This document shows positions 37,066 to 47,346 of a stretch of 47,346 bases of DNA, in pieces. The position numbers and the translations under genes are program-made. Each line of letters starts with the position of its first letter. Position 1 is the stretch's first letter. The DNA is taken from the NCBI GenBank assembly GCA_018398765.1, contig JAHBMJ010000456.1, forward strand, positions 1 through 47,346, given 5' to 3'. The stretch is from Chromera velia. Its lineage: Eukaryota. The notes under the pieces are model-generated. The model was given only the letters and a program-made list of their open reading frames with translations, did not search any database and was not told the DNA's origin.

Positions 37066-38736
37066 TCACACTTTCGCTTCTCGGTCTATTGCTATGAATT
37101 CGCAGCTCTGAAGAAATTCAAACAAAAAGGCATGTTTCTCTTCCATCCACACCTTCAATTCTCCAACCCACGGCGCCAAATCCACTGTGCCGTTCTCTAA
37201 ACTTTTCAAGATCTTCGCAGGCGTCTCTGGGTCAGCTTCTGTGACAACTGTATTCAAATACACCTTGGCCAAGAGAGGAGCAAACGAAGAAAAATCAGGG
37301 CGGCGGTCTCCTGCCGTCAGGTAGAGCACTGCGCAATTGTCTGCCACCCTCCCCACACCCATCTTCTCCGTTTGTCCAAGCACCGAGTTCCCCTCTTTTC
37401 TTGCCGTACTCGTATCCCCAGCAGACACGCTTGAAGCTGCTGACACCCCCCGAGAACACCCCCCTTCTCCACTTTCCCCTCTGCTCCCGTCTTCACCTCC
37501 TTTTGACCTCTCTCTCGAGACTGATACCCCCCCGTGCTCTATTGCATCAAAATCGCTTTCCAGGACCCCTTCACCATCATCCTGCAGGATCCTTTGACCA
37601 ACAAGGTCCGACTTGCACCCCCCTTTTCCTGCTCCTTTGGAAGTGCCCCTCCGCTTCTCTCCGTCATGACCCTGAGGCTGCTGCACAATCTCTTGAGAAG
37701 GCAGACCCTCTTTTGAGACATGCGAAGTGTCCAAGCACGCACTCCGACTCGATGCAAAATGCCTGATGTCGTCTGCAACCTGACGGAGCAGAGACAACCC
37801 GGCAGAAAGCTTGGGAGCGTCTGTGAGAATATCTTGTGCATTCAGTTTGCACTCCATCACTGCAACGATTGTCTTCTGCCCCTCTCCCGCTGAAAGTCCA
37901 GAGGCAACGACAACGGCATCCAACTCTGATTTCACGCCGTCAGTTTGCACACCCGGTTTGTGCACTTTCACATTTGCATAAACCTGAAGGTGCTCAGCCG
38001 TCTCCTCGGGCAGACGGATGCCGGCGAGTCTTTTGAAGACCTCCCTCTCAAATCCGGTCCCTGCTGTTGGGGGCTGAGGGACACTCGGGGAAGGGGGGGA
38101 ACTCACGTAGATGGTTTGCATGAGCTTCAATGGGAGGGGTCCGTTCTGTGTGAAGTCTTCTGCGGCTGTTCGAATTTGGGAGAACAGAGTCTCCGTGAGC
38201 GTCTCCAACTCTGCCGGTTTCTCTAAGCCTCCACCTCCACCAGTGCGACCCTCTGCAGGATCGTTTCCGTTCTTCCAGGGAGGGAACTCGTGCTGCCAGA
38301 GGTCAATGGCTTCTATCTTTGCCTTCAGGTGTTCTGGATGGGAGGCTGCAGAGAGGTCTTTCTTCAGCTTCTCATGCCGTCTCCACTGCTCTCTCCAGAT
38401 ATCCGAGAGCATCGACTTACAGGGAGACGGGTCAGAGAGAAGCAATGAGAGGCGGAGTTTTCTCTCATCTGCCCGTTTCTTCATATTCCCGCTTGGCTTG
38501 TCAATCTTCAAAAGCTCAAACACGTAGGCAGAAAAGGGGGGAAGATATCTGCCCAGCATTGCTGAGACTTCATCTGGGGAAAAGAAGACTTCCGTCGGGA
38601 CTTCCATTTTTTCTGGAAGGAAATCCTTGGACGAGTACCGCTGGCATCCTTTCGAGAAGCAGGAAAGCAAATGAGAAAGAGAAGGGGAGGCTCGTCGACC
38701 TGAATTCATCCTTGCTTCCGGCGCGTTGCAGGACAT
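37066..38736 (-). CDS. Intronless protein with a PD-(D/E)xK (restriction-endonuclease-like) nuclease motif set
   Basis: Long ORF (first ATG 38736, alternative ATG 38607). Motifs in canonical order: GTGFEREVF (helix I Glu), KSELDAVVV (Asp), VAVMECK (ExK), then helix DILTDAPKLSAGL and, after a low-complexity insert, strand AVLYLT. Confidence 0.7.
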   Translation of the reverse strand: MSCNAPEARMNSGRRASPSLSHLLSCFSKGCQRYSSKDFLPEKMEVPTEVFFSPDEVSAMLGRYLPPFSAYVFELLKIDKPSGNMKKRADERKLRLSLLLSDPSPCKSMLSDIWREQWRRHEKLKKDLSAASHPEHLKAKIEAIDLWQHEFPPWKNGNDPAEGRTGGGGGLEKPAELETLTETLFSQIRTAAEDFTQNGPLPLKLMQTIYVSSPPSPSVPQPPTAGTGFEREVFKRLAGIRLPEETAEHLQVYANVKVHKPGVQTDGVKSELDAVVVASGLSAGEGQKTIVAVMECKLNAQDILTDAPKLSAGLSLLRQVADDIRHFASSRSACLDTSHVSKEGLPSQEIVQQPQGHDGEKRRGTSKGAGKGGCKSDLVGQRILQDDGEGVLESDFDAIEHGGVSVSRERSKGGEDGSRGESGEGGCSRGVSAASSVSAGDTSTARKEGNSVLGQTEKMGVGRVADNCAVLYLTAGDRRPDFSSFAPLLAKVYLNTVVTEADPETPAKILKSLENGTVDLAPWVGELKVWMEEKHAFLFEFLQSCEFIAIDREAKV

Positions 38737-39241
38737 GCTCGTCGCTCGAGCGCCTCTACGCACACCGAGTGTCTGACCTTTATTTGGAGACAGGACCGTC
38801 ACTGATCAAGAAAGGACAAGTAATCAAGACTCCACATGGGAATGCATTATGTGATTGGAGACTTCTTTCTGGTATTTTTCTGGAATTTGCTGCCAAACTT
38901 CAAGCGGAAAGTTCCCCAAACCTGAAGTGAATCGGGCGCTCGAATTTCTACAGCCAAACATTGCCCCATGCATCATTGCCCCTCAACTACGTGATACTTG
39001 GGTGAGTGCCTCCGGGGGCATCAGTGGTTTGAATTAAGATCCCGCGCGTGTCTCGACCGTGAAGGTTTATGCAAGTGCGCGCGCTATCTCCTGCAGGGCC
39101 CCCGGGCCGCGGGCTGAGCTGCATGCCCTCCGAGGCGACACAACTCCACGCGAGTGACTTGAGGGGCACGTGTATATTAAGCCAGCTCCGTGCAACTTTC
39201 TGTCATAATTTTGCGTGACATCGACGCGCTGCTCTTCCGCC

Positions 39242-39868
39242 CTAGGGTATGACACTCTTGAGCATTGTCAGTCAGTTTCACTCAGCAATACCCCCCTTTC
39301 ATCCCGCATACAACACATCAACATGTTAAAACATGTTTTTTGTGGTTATTAGACCAAAAGAACCAAATAAAGATAAAAAGTCTACCAGTTTTTGAATGAT
39401 TTTGACCTGAAAACACTTAAAAACATGTTAGTACCAACAAAAGTTCTGATTTACCGGTTCTGACGGTTCAGGAACCAAAACACCCCCCCCTGGAACTAAA
39501 TGATAAGACCTTCCATTATATTTATTTCACTTTGTTTTGAGTTCTTTTGCATGAAAGACTTTATGAAACCAAGAATTGCTCTGGTTTTTGATGGTTCAGA
39601 TGAGTTCCAGAAGTTCTCATTATGAGTTCATCGGTTCAAGAACCACCATCGTATGGAAAGCTGGAACCAACATTGGCACCCGACCTATAACCGTGCAGAA
39701 CCCCCCCTCTTTCTTTTGAACCACCCTGAAAACGTGTTTTTCTTGTATATCAAGATGTTTTCTCTTCAAAAAAAGATGTGAACGGGTGAAAATAAATGCA
39801 TCAAATGCAGTTCTTGCTGCTAGAACTCTCTATATATCGTAAAGTGTCTGCAGAGTGTCATACCCTAG
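39242..39868. mobile_element. 627-bp non-autonomous DNA transposon (MITE), 17-bp TIRs, 8-bp TSD (hAT-like)
   Basis: TIRs ctagggtatgacactct (39242-39258) and agagtgtcataccctag (39852-39868) are perfect reverse complements. Flanks cttccgcc (39234-39241) and ctttcgcc (39869-39876) differ by one C>T. AT-rich interior with repeated ggttc/gaacc words. Confidence 0.85.
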
Positions 39869-41689
39869 CTTTCGCCCTTTGTCCAGAGCCAGTCGCACGC
39901 TCTTACTGCTCGTGTTCTGCGTCTTTCTATCGAGCACGGCTGTTTTCCTGCTATCGGACCTCTATCTGCAGAGCGTCTTCACGAGCAGCCGCGCCCACTG
40001 GTCGCATCATTGCGGTTGTCACCTAGGTTGTCGCCCAAGCCTGGGCTACCTAGTGGGCTACAGGCTTGCTCTTTGCCTGACGGACCTTCCCGCGGACTTT
40101 TATGGCAGCTCAGGTCTAAGCGGAAGGGGGTCCAGCAGACGGGCGAAGAGCCCTTGACTTCCTGTCTTCCTTCATAATAGGCAGAAAGGCTCTTTTCGAC
40201 ATGCAGCGCCCCGGTTTATGGGCTTCCCGTGTGCTGTGGAAAGAGTGAGGGAACGCAAGGGGGTGGAGATGAGGGCGGGCGGTGGGATGGAGGCCTCAGT
40301 GGCATCTAGTGGCGTAGAAGGGAGCGACGGGAATGCAGGGGAGGGAGAGGGGCAGGAGAAGGAAGGGTCAATGACATAGTTCCAGCACGTGGGTGGGAAG
40401 TTTCAGCCTCTTGTTGCTCAGGTTGAGGGGCCTTGGGAGGAGAGGGGGCTTTTCTTGTTTGCCATTACTCTCTTCTCCTTCAACCTACTCTCTGATGCTG
40501 CAGTGGCTGGCATCATATTAGGTTTGGGGAGGGAGACACCGAAGTTTTACTGGTTCGGCGTTACTATGGCTGTCCTAACAGTGTTCGATCTTGCGAATGT
40601 GTGGCTTGTACGCGAAGACTTAGTCAACAACCACGCTGAGGGGCGGGGGGGCGGGGAAGGGAGGATCTGGGGGGTGTAACAAGGTCGTCAAGGCCAATCT
40701 AATGCTGCATCCAAATCAGACTCTCCTCTTTGCGGCTTTTAACAGAAAACAGTGGGACCTTGTTCAACGTCTCATCGGTAGAGGAGCAGTACAGAGGGGG
40801 GAGAAAGAACAGATCTCACCTCTTCTCTTGTCCTGGGCACCATGATAGCCAAGAGACCCCACCTTTCAGCCAACGAGGCGATGGTACTGAGGTGACAGTG
40901 GAAGAATGATGACGGGTTGTGGGGTTTGAAGGGGGAGGGAGGGGCCAGATATTTATCAAACATAAACATAACAAGAGAGAAAGGAAATATACAGTGTCAT
41001 ATTATGGAATTGATCTCCTCATGTCCCTGTCCCTATAGTCGATCTACTGACCAAACTTTTTTGTCCCCGTTTGAGGGGGGGTTCTCAGCCTACTCTTGAT
41101 AGGGAACCCCAGAAGGGAGAAATAAGGATGGTCATTGAAGACGGATGAAAGAAAACACAGACCATTTGAAGGAAAAAAGAGGCCGGAAAGAGGGGAAAAG
41201 AGAGAGAATAATAGTTTAAGAGAGGGAGAAGGCGTATGAAAGGAAGAAAAGTAAGAGAGTGGAAGAAGGATAGAAATGAAGGGGGAAAAAAGGGAACCAG
41301 GAGAGAAGATTAGCAGAAAGAGACACCGAACGCGGCAACACGCAGAAGCAAAGGTGAAAAGAGCGGTAAGCAAAATGATAAGGGAATGAAAACATATCTG
41401 TATGCAGGCAACAAGTGACAACGATGAGGAGATCCAGCATGGGCTGAAACCAATGGAAAGAAAGAGGGGGGGAGGGAAGGAGAGAGAGAAGCGCTAGAGA
41501 GAAGGGAGACGGACGAGGAGCCTAACATACGGAAATAAAGTATAGACAGAAAGACAAGTGGAACAATTTGGAAAAGGATAAATACATGCACACAGGCATC
41601 CAGAAAGAGGAAAAGAAAAGATTATATAATAGAGAAAGATACGAGGGAGAGGAAAGTGGGAAAGAGAACGAGAGAGAGCAGAAGAAAAA

Positions 41690-42022
41690 GAGATAGAGAC
41701 AGAGATAGACAGACAGACAGACTAGCTAGTAGATAGACAGACAGACAGACCGACCAACCGACCAACCAACAGACTAACAAACAGACAGACAGTCAGACAG
41801 TCACACAGACAGATAGACAGACCGACAGACTAGCAAACAGACAGACAGACAGCCAGACAGACAGACCGACCGACCGACAGACTAGCAAACAGACAGACAG
41901 ACAGACAAACAGACAAACAGATAGATAGACAGACAGTCATACAGACAGACAAACAGACCGACAGACTAGCAGACAGATAGACAGTCTGAGACAGACAGAC
42001 AGACTGACTGACAGACTAGCAA

Positions 42023-42054
<32 letters not shown>

Positions 42055-42385
42055 TCAGACAGTCAGACAGTCAGACAGTCAGACAGTCAGACAGTCATAC
42101 AGACAGACAGACAGACCGACAGACTAGCAAACAGATAGACAAACAGACAGAGAGTCAGACAGACCGACCGACCGACAGACTAGCAAACAGACAGACAGAC
42201 AGCCAGTCAGTCAGTCAGACAGTTACATAGATAAACAGACAGACAGACCGACAGACTAGCAAATAGACAGACAGACAGACAGACAGACAATCAGTCAGAC
42301 AGTCACATAGACAGACAAACAGACCAACACACTAGCAAACAGACAGACAGATAGAGACTCTGAGACAGACAGACAGACAGACAGA
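41690..42385. repeat. Complex (GACA/GACT/GACC)n tetranucleotide microsatellite
   Basis: Directly visible, with recurring gactagcaaacagac sub-units. Confidence 0.95.
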
Positions 42386-42934
42386 AAAAAAAAAAAGAGA
42401 GAGAGAAAGGGCAGGGGAAGGAGGGAGAAAGAAGGGAGACGGGAATACTGACAAACAAAAAGGAAATATAGACAGAAAGACAGGGAAGACAGAAGACTTA
42501 GAGACATGCATGCATACGGGAATTCTGAAAGAATCAAAAAGAGGGAGAAAAATGATAAAAAAGAACGAATAGAGAAAAACAGAAAAGAGTGAAGAAGGCT
42601 GGAAAGGCGGAAGGGAAGAAAAAAAACCAGAGCAGGGAAAAGAAGCGGTAGCGAGGAGTGATCATTAGGAGGGGGAGGGAGTGGAAGATGGTAGTTAGGG
42701 AAAAGGGTACCGCAAAAACTCTAATACATTTTCATAATCGCTCCCACATCTTCCAACGCTCCCAAATTCTAACTGTTTCCCTGACTATTCTGTATGTCCA
42801 AATCATCGAGCGGAGCGTCCCGTCTCCACTAACAGCGCACCCACGGTGGTCGCAACACTGCATAATTACCATCTTTCTGATGTCCCTACTGTAAATACAT
42901 AAACCAACCACAAAAAAGGAAAGACACGCATAGT

Positions 42935-42986
42935 ATACATGCACGCACATACACACTCACCCACACACAAACGCACACACGTACAC

Positions 42987-43036
<50 letters not shown>

Positions 43037-43205
43037 ATATACACACACACACACACACATACACACACACACACATATACACATATACACACACACATAC
43101 ATACACACACACATACATATACATATACATATACACACACATACACACCACAACACATACACAAACACACAGACACACACACATAAACATACGCATATGC
43201 ACACA
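42935..43205. repeat. (CA/TA)n dinucleotide microsatellite
   Basis: Directly visible; explains the CVCV/HTHT ORFs. Confidence 0.95.
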
Positions 43206-43545
43206 TCTCTCATGCGCTATCTCAGAGAAAAAGGCAACAATCATGCAAAAGAAGGAGATGAATTCCCTTGATCTTCTATCTAAGATCCTTCTTTCCGTTT
43301 CCCTTTTTTCCTTTTTCTTTCTTCCTATCTTTTTTCCTTTTTTTCTTGCTTTTTATTACTATGACTCTCTCTGTTTCTCTTCGTTTTTCTCACTGTTCAT
43401 CTCAGAGTCTCGATTTCTTTCTCTATGTCTATCTATTGTTCTCTCTCTCTCTCTCTCTCTCTGTCTTTTCTGTCGGTGGCTCAGCCTGGTGCTTTGAAGG
43501 GAAAAAAGAGAAACAGACGGATTAACAGATAAAGTACTTGTATTG

Positions 43546-44247
43546 AATCGGGGTTTTTCTCCGTTTCCTTTGAGTTTTTGCCTTGAGGCGCTGCAAGGGA
43601 AGGGGATAAAAGAAGAAAGGGGGGTGGTAAGGGAAATGGGAGGACCCCAGACAGCGCCAAGAGTTCGGCAACTGTTTCTTCCGGGTGCCAATCGAAACGG
43701 AAGTTTTCGGTCGGCTGCATGTGATAGTCAAACAGACTGGTATATCAAAAGACCGTGCTGTAAATGATTGTCAAACCTTCCCTGGCTCTTGTTCTGGTTA
43801 GATCAGTAGGGATGAGATAGGGAAGGAAATTTTCAATGGGGGAGACTGACAAAATAGAAATAGGGAGTGGGAAGATCTGAAAAAGGGAAGGGAAAGCTGG
43901 GTTTTCTCCTTCACTGCTCAAAAGAGGAAGTTTTTTCCTGGCTGCAGACCGCTGTGACTGAAAAAACGGCAGTCAGTGTAGTATGTTGGCTGGTATAGGT
44001 AGGGTATGGGTGAGGTGGGAGGGAATGAGAAGCAATGAGGGAACTGCTAACATGCTGAGGGGGTTAGGAAAAGAGGAACCACTGGAGGGCTTTATTCTTT
44101 CTTTTCTTTCTTTCTTTCTTTCTTTCTTTCGATCGTTCGTTCGTTCGTTCGTTCGTCCGTTCGTTCGTTCTTCCTTCCTTCCTTCCTTCCTTTCTTTTTT
44201 TCTTTCTTTCTTTCTTTCTTTATTTATTTATTTATTTATTTATTTCT

Positions 44248-44282
<35 letters not shown>

Positions 44283-44416
44283 CAAACTATCTGTCTGTCT
44301 GTCTGTCTATCTTTCTTTCTTTCTTTTTTTCTTTCTTTCTTTCCTTCCTTCCTTCCTTCCTTCCTTCCTACGTTCCTCCCTTTCCTCTCTGAAAATTCTT
44401 TCTTTCTTTTTTTCCT

Positions 44417-44456
<40 letters not shown>

Positions 44457-45044
44457 TTTTTCTTTCTTTCTTTCTTTCTTTCCTTCCATCTTTCTTTCTT
44501 TCTTTCTTCAATCGGAGGTTTTTCCCTCCGTGTCCCTGGAGGTTTTCCCCTGAGGCGCTGCGAAGGGAGGGGGAAAGAAAAAATACAGGGAGATAGGGAA
44601 ACAGGAGGGCATCAAGTTACTATATAGCGCCAAAAATTCGGCAACTGTTTCTTCCAGGTGCCAAATCGGAAGTTTTTGGTCGGCTGTGACAGTCAAGCAG
44701 GCTGGTATGTCAAAAGACCGGACTGAAAATGATTGTCAAACCTTCCCTGGCTTCTGCTCTGGTCAGAAAGGGTGGGAAAGGGAAGGAAGGGGCCAGGAAA
44801 ACTGACCGAACGGAAATAAAAAGTGCATGGGAAGAGCTGAAAAGGGGAAGGAAAAACTAGGTTTTCACCCTCACTCCTTGAAAGAGGAAGTTTTTTCCTG
44901 GCTGCAGACCGCCGTGATTGACAAAGCGGTGGTCAGCATGACATATCAGTGGTATGGTTAGGGTATGAATGAGGGGGGGGGGAATGAGATGCAAAGAGGG
45001 AGACGCTGACATACTGAGGGGATTGGGAAAGGAGGAACCACTGG
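43546..45044. repeat. Diverged tandem duplication of a ~540-bp block (43546-44085 and 44510-45044) separated by a (TTTC)n tract
   Basis: Shared anchors in the same order: tgaggcgctgc, ttcggcaactgtttcttcc, aaatgattgtcaaaccttccctggct, aaagaggaagttttttcctggctgcagaccgc, gaggaaccactgg. Confidence 0.9.
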
Positions 45045-46055
45045 CAGGCTTGGGACCGCAATTAATGGTACCAAGCAGCAGGTCTGGTTTTTTTTTGGCA
45101 GGATGAAGAGAAAGAAAAGAGAGGAAGAGAAAAGAAGAGATGGGGGAAGAGAGAGATATAAGAGAAAAAGAAAGGGTGGTGATGGATAGAAGGGTGGGGG
45201 TACTCTACGGTGCTGCGGCGACTGTTGGAACACCAGACTCAGTCGTATTGTTTGTCCGGGGCTGGACATGGTGCATAACAGACGACTGAGAGGGAAGAGG
45301 TGGGAGAGACCTCGAGCATGACAGAACTGTTTCAGGCTCTCAGGTCGTGAAGCAGGGTGGGCTTCAAGACAGTGATAGTCAAATGGAACTGTCATGTTGT
45401 AGAGGCAGGGGTGAGGGGGAGAGGTATAGTTAGGGAAGTAGATTTGACATCCTGCACAACTGAAGTTTTGCTAGACTGCCCCAGTGGAAAGGGGAGCAGA
45501 CATGCATATGGGGTATGGGACTGACTCCGGAGGAGTGTATCCCAGTGGATAGCCACAGCCTCGTGGTGGACGAAAGTCTACCGAGACCGAGACCAAGACT
45601 GAGACCATCAATCCCCCGGCCCCCCCAAAAGATGGAGAGCTGCATGTGATATGCGAGTGCGTGCGATCTCAAGGCCTCTCGGCTGATCTCACCAAAGCTG
45701 AACTGCCCCCCGAGGCGATTTTTGCCCGCACCGGCCTATGCAGAAGCCATGCATACATAAACCTTTCTGAACCTAAGTGCCACTTGAAAAAAGATACTTA
45801 AGATAATCTGTATCTGAGGCATTGTTTTTCAAGAGACCGTCCACGCCTGCGGTGTAGATGGTCAAGACACCATCCAGATATGCGGCTTTAGCTTTCAAGA
45901 CACCATAAATCATCCGCGCCTACGGTGCAGACTTTCAAGCTTATCCAAAAATGCGGCTTGAACTTTCAAGTGGTAGTTAAGTCTAGGGAGGTCCATGCAT
46001 ACATGCAGTGCCTTAAATTCGGGCGATCCCCCGCCCCCCCCCAATTAAATCATCC

Positions 46056-46542
46056 TGATGAGGTATTAAGGGTCAGAGAGGAGGTATTAAGGGTCAGAGA
46101 GAAGAGGCGCGGCGCGCGCAGCATCATACCAGTCTAAATCGATCCGCGCATGCCATCGAGCGCCGTCGAGCGAATTGTACATGTCAGCAATACATGCATG
46201 AAGCGTTGCATGCGGGAAATTGCAATATACATGTGAACATACATACAAAAAGTGCAGAACTGAAAGAGACTGAATGCGAGTGGACAGAAAAGCAAAAAGC
46301 ATGTCATATACGGGACATACAGACAAGTGTATTACATGAAATACAACAGATACAGACAGAGCAGACGTGCACATGAGCGATCGATCGACCGATCGACCGA
46401 GAATTAGAAATACAGATAGAGAGTGTGTATCGAGGTCCGGACTAGAGAGATCTGTGAACTCGAGACCATTCCCGGAAGACCAGACTTACAAGTATATGTA
46501 CAAGCGTGGATCTCTGAGCTTAGGTGAGCTAGGGATTCATCA
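46056..46542 (+). mobile_element. 5' LTR (487 bp) of an LTR retrotransposon
   Basis: Starts TGATGA and ends TCATCA (6-bp inverted termini, TG...CA). Followed after 2 nt by a PBS and then a long ORF. Internal 21-bp tandem repeat at 46060-46101. Confidence 0.75.
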
Positions 46543-46544
46543 AA

Positions 46545-46565
46545 TGGTGACGGAAGTAGGGTTTG
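46545..46565 (+). promoter_or_regulatory. Primer-binding site complementary to a tRNA 3' end (Leu-like)
   Basis: TGGTGACGGAAGTAGGGTTTG; the reverse complement CAAAC-CCTAC-TTCCGTC-A-CCA fits T-loop end, T-stem, acceptor stem, discriminator A and CCA. Confidence 0.8.
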
Positions 46566-46681
46566 GTTCCATTCGTTGTCTTTTTCTTTGAAAACGAACT
46601 ACATCTGCGTTGAGGTGTGTGGTGCGTGTGCAAGCTTGAACGTTTCCGTCCTTCGATTTCTCAGACTATCTAAACTCAACA

Positions 46682-47346
46682 ATGGTTCCCTTCTCTCCTC
46701 AGCAGGTAGACGTCAATGCAGACTTCGGGGATCAGGTCGCGGCAATGTTCCCCGGCCTCAAAATCCACCTTACCGAGAAGGTAGAACTGCAGGCTATCGA
46801 CCCCGAGTCCCAGATCAACGACCCAACTGACCAGCAGGTCGCGAACCTCTCCTTTGAGCACCCTGACCGGATGGTAAAGAGCTCCATCTTCAAGTCCCTC
46901 TACGAGGACAAGAAGAAAACCCTTGAGCACGTCTACAACGAGACACTTCAAGGCAGAAAGGTGGATGGAAAGGATCCACTGACCTTGAAGTCGCTGATGC
47001 TGTTCCTGAAGATGGCGGTGGACATCCTGGGTCTGGACACTAACCTTCTGAACAAGAGCAGCAGCGGCTGCCGACTTTTCCGGAAGTTGATTTACAACTA
47101 CATCTTGACCACCATCGCCCAGAACATACTCTCCGCCATGGACGCGGCCTTTGATGGAATCAAAAGCAGCAAGAAATTTAAGCAGGACCCCTTCTGTCTC
47201 CTTGCCTACTTAGAGACTCATGGCACGAAGGACCCGTGGAAGATCTTCAGATCCAAGAAGAGCGCCTTGTACACCTACATCAACCGCATGAGGCCTCGTG
47301 ATGTGCCTTTTGCTAACTGGATCCGGGACGCGGAGAAGTTGATGAT
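46682..47346 (+). CDS. Gag-like ORF of the LTR retrotransposon (runs off the window; absent from the ORF track because it has no stop)
   Basis: Open from ATG 46682 (MVPFSPQQVDVNADFGDQVAAMFPGLK...FANWIRDAEKLM) to the window end, ~221 codons. Intronless, directly downstream of LTR+PBS. Gag identity is positional only. Confidence 0.7.
   Translation, partial: MVPFSPQQVDVNADFGDQVAAMFPGLKIHLTEKVELQAIDPESQINDPTDQQVANLSFEHPDRMVKSSIFKSLYEDKKKTLEHVYNETLQGRKVDGKDPLTLKSLMLFLKMAVDILGLDTNLLNKSSSGCRLFRKLIYNYILTTIAQNILSAMDAAFDGIKSSKKFKQDPFCLLAYLETHGTKDPWKIFRSKKSALYTYINRMRPRDVPFANWIRDAEKLM

Larger units (their letters stand above)
39880..45700 (-). pseudogene. Decayed intron-containing gene or TE gene fragments interleaved with microsatellites
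   Basis: Exon-like segments on the minus strand flanked by pyrimidine-tract/AG and GTCAG-type sites (e.g. ~41050-41095, ~42785-42888, ~43653-43795). Reading frames are broken by stops and indels; no family recognised. Confidence 0.35.

Noticed and set aside
42866..44627. ORFs with CVCV, HTHT, SFFL or KERK runs
   Set aside because: Translations of microsatellites; the same applies to 14364-15281 and 31416-31760.

Overview
Eukaryotic, intron-rich genomic DNA. It has GT-AG introns full of (GACA)n/(CA)n/(GAAA)n microsatellites, abundant TGCATGCA and mostly GTCAG donors. The style is most consistent with a chromerid alveolate such as Chromera; this is an inference, not verified. From left to right: (1) the 3' end of an unknown Pro/Thr-rich protein; (2) an AT-rich decayed island; (3) a 24-exon minus-strand gene (2418-17301, ~2,330 codons by my manual splicing) encoding signal peptide + RCC1-like repeats + EGF + GAIN/GPS + polycystin-1-like TM region; (4) a divergent 7-exon Zn-dependent alcohol dehydrogenase; (5) an ankyrin-kinase-RING/Rcat gene whose ankyrin repeats are one per phase-0 exon, and which carries a frameshift plus altered catalytic motifs; (6) a 265/268-bp duplication enclosing a 38-bp minisatellite; (7) an intronless ankyrin gene; (8) an intronless PD-(D/E)xK nuclease-like gene; (9) a 627-bp TIR element with an 8-bp TSD; (10) a decayed, partly duplicated gene buried in microsatellites; (11) the 5' LTR, PBS and start of gag of an apparently young LTR retrotransposon. 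Repeats show directional C>T/G>A decay (RIP-like or methylation-driven). All domain calls are by-eye motif recognition; no database searches were run.
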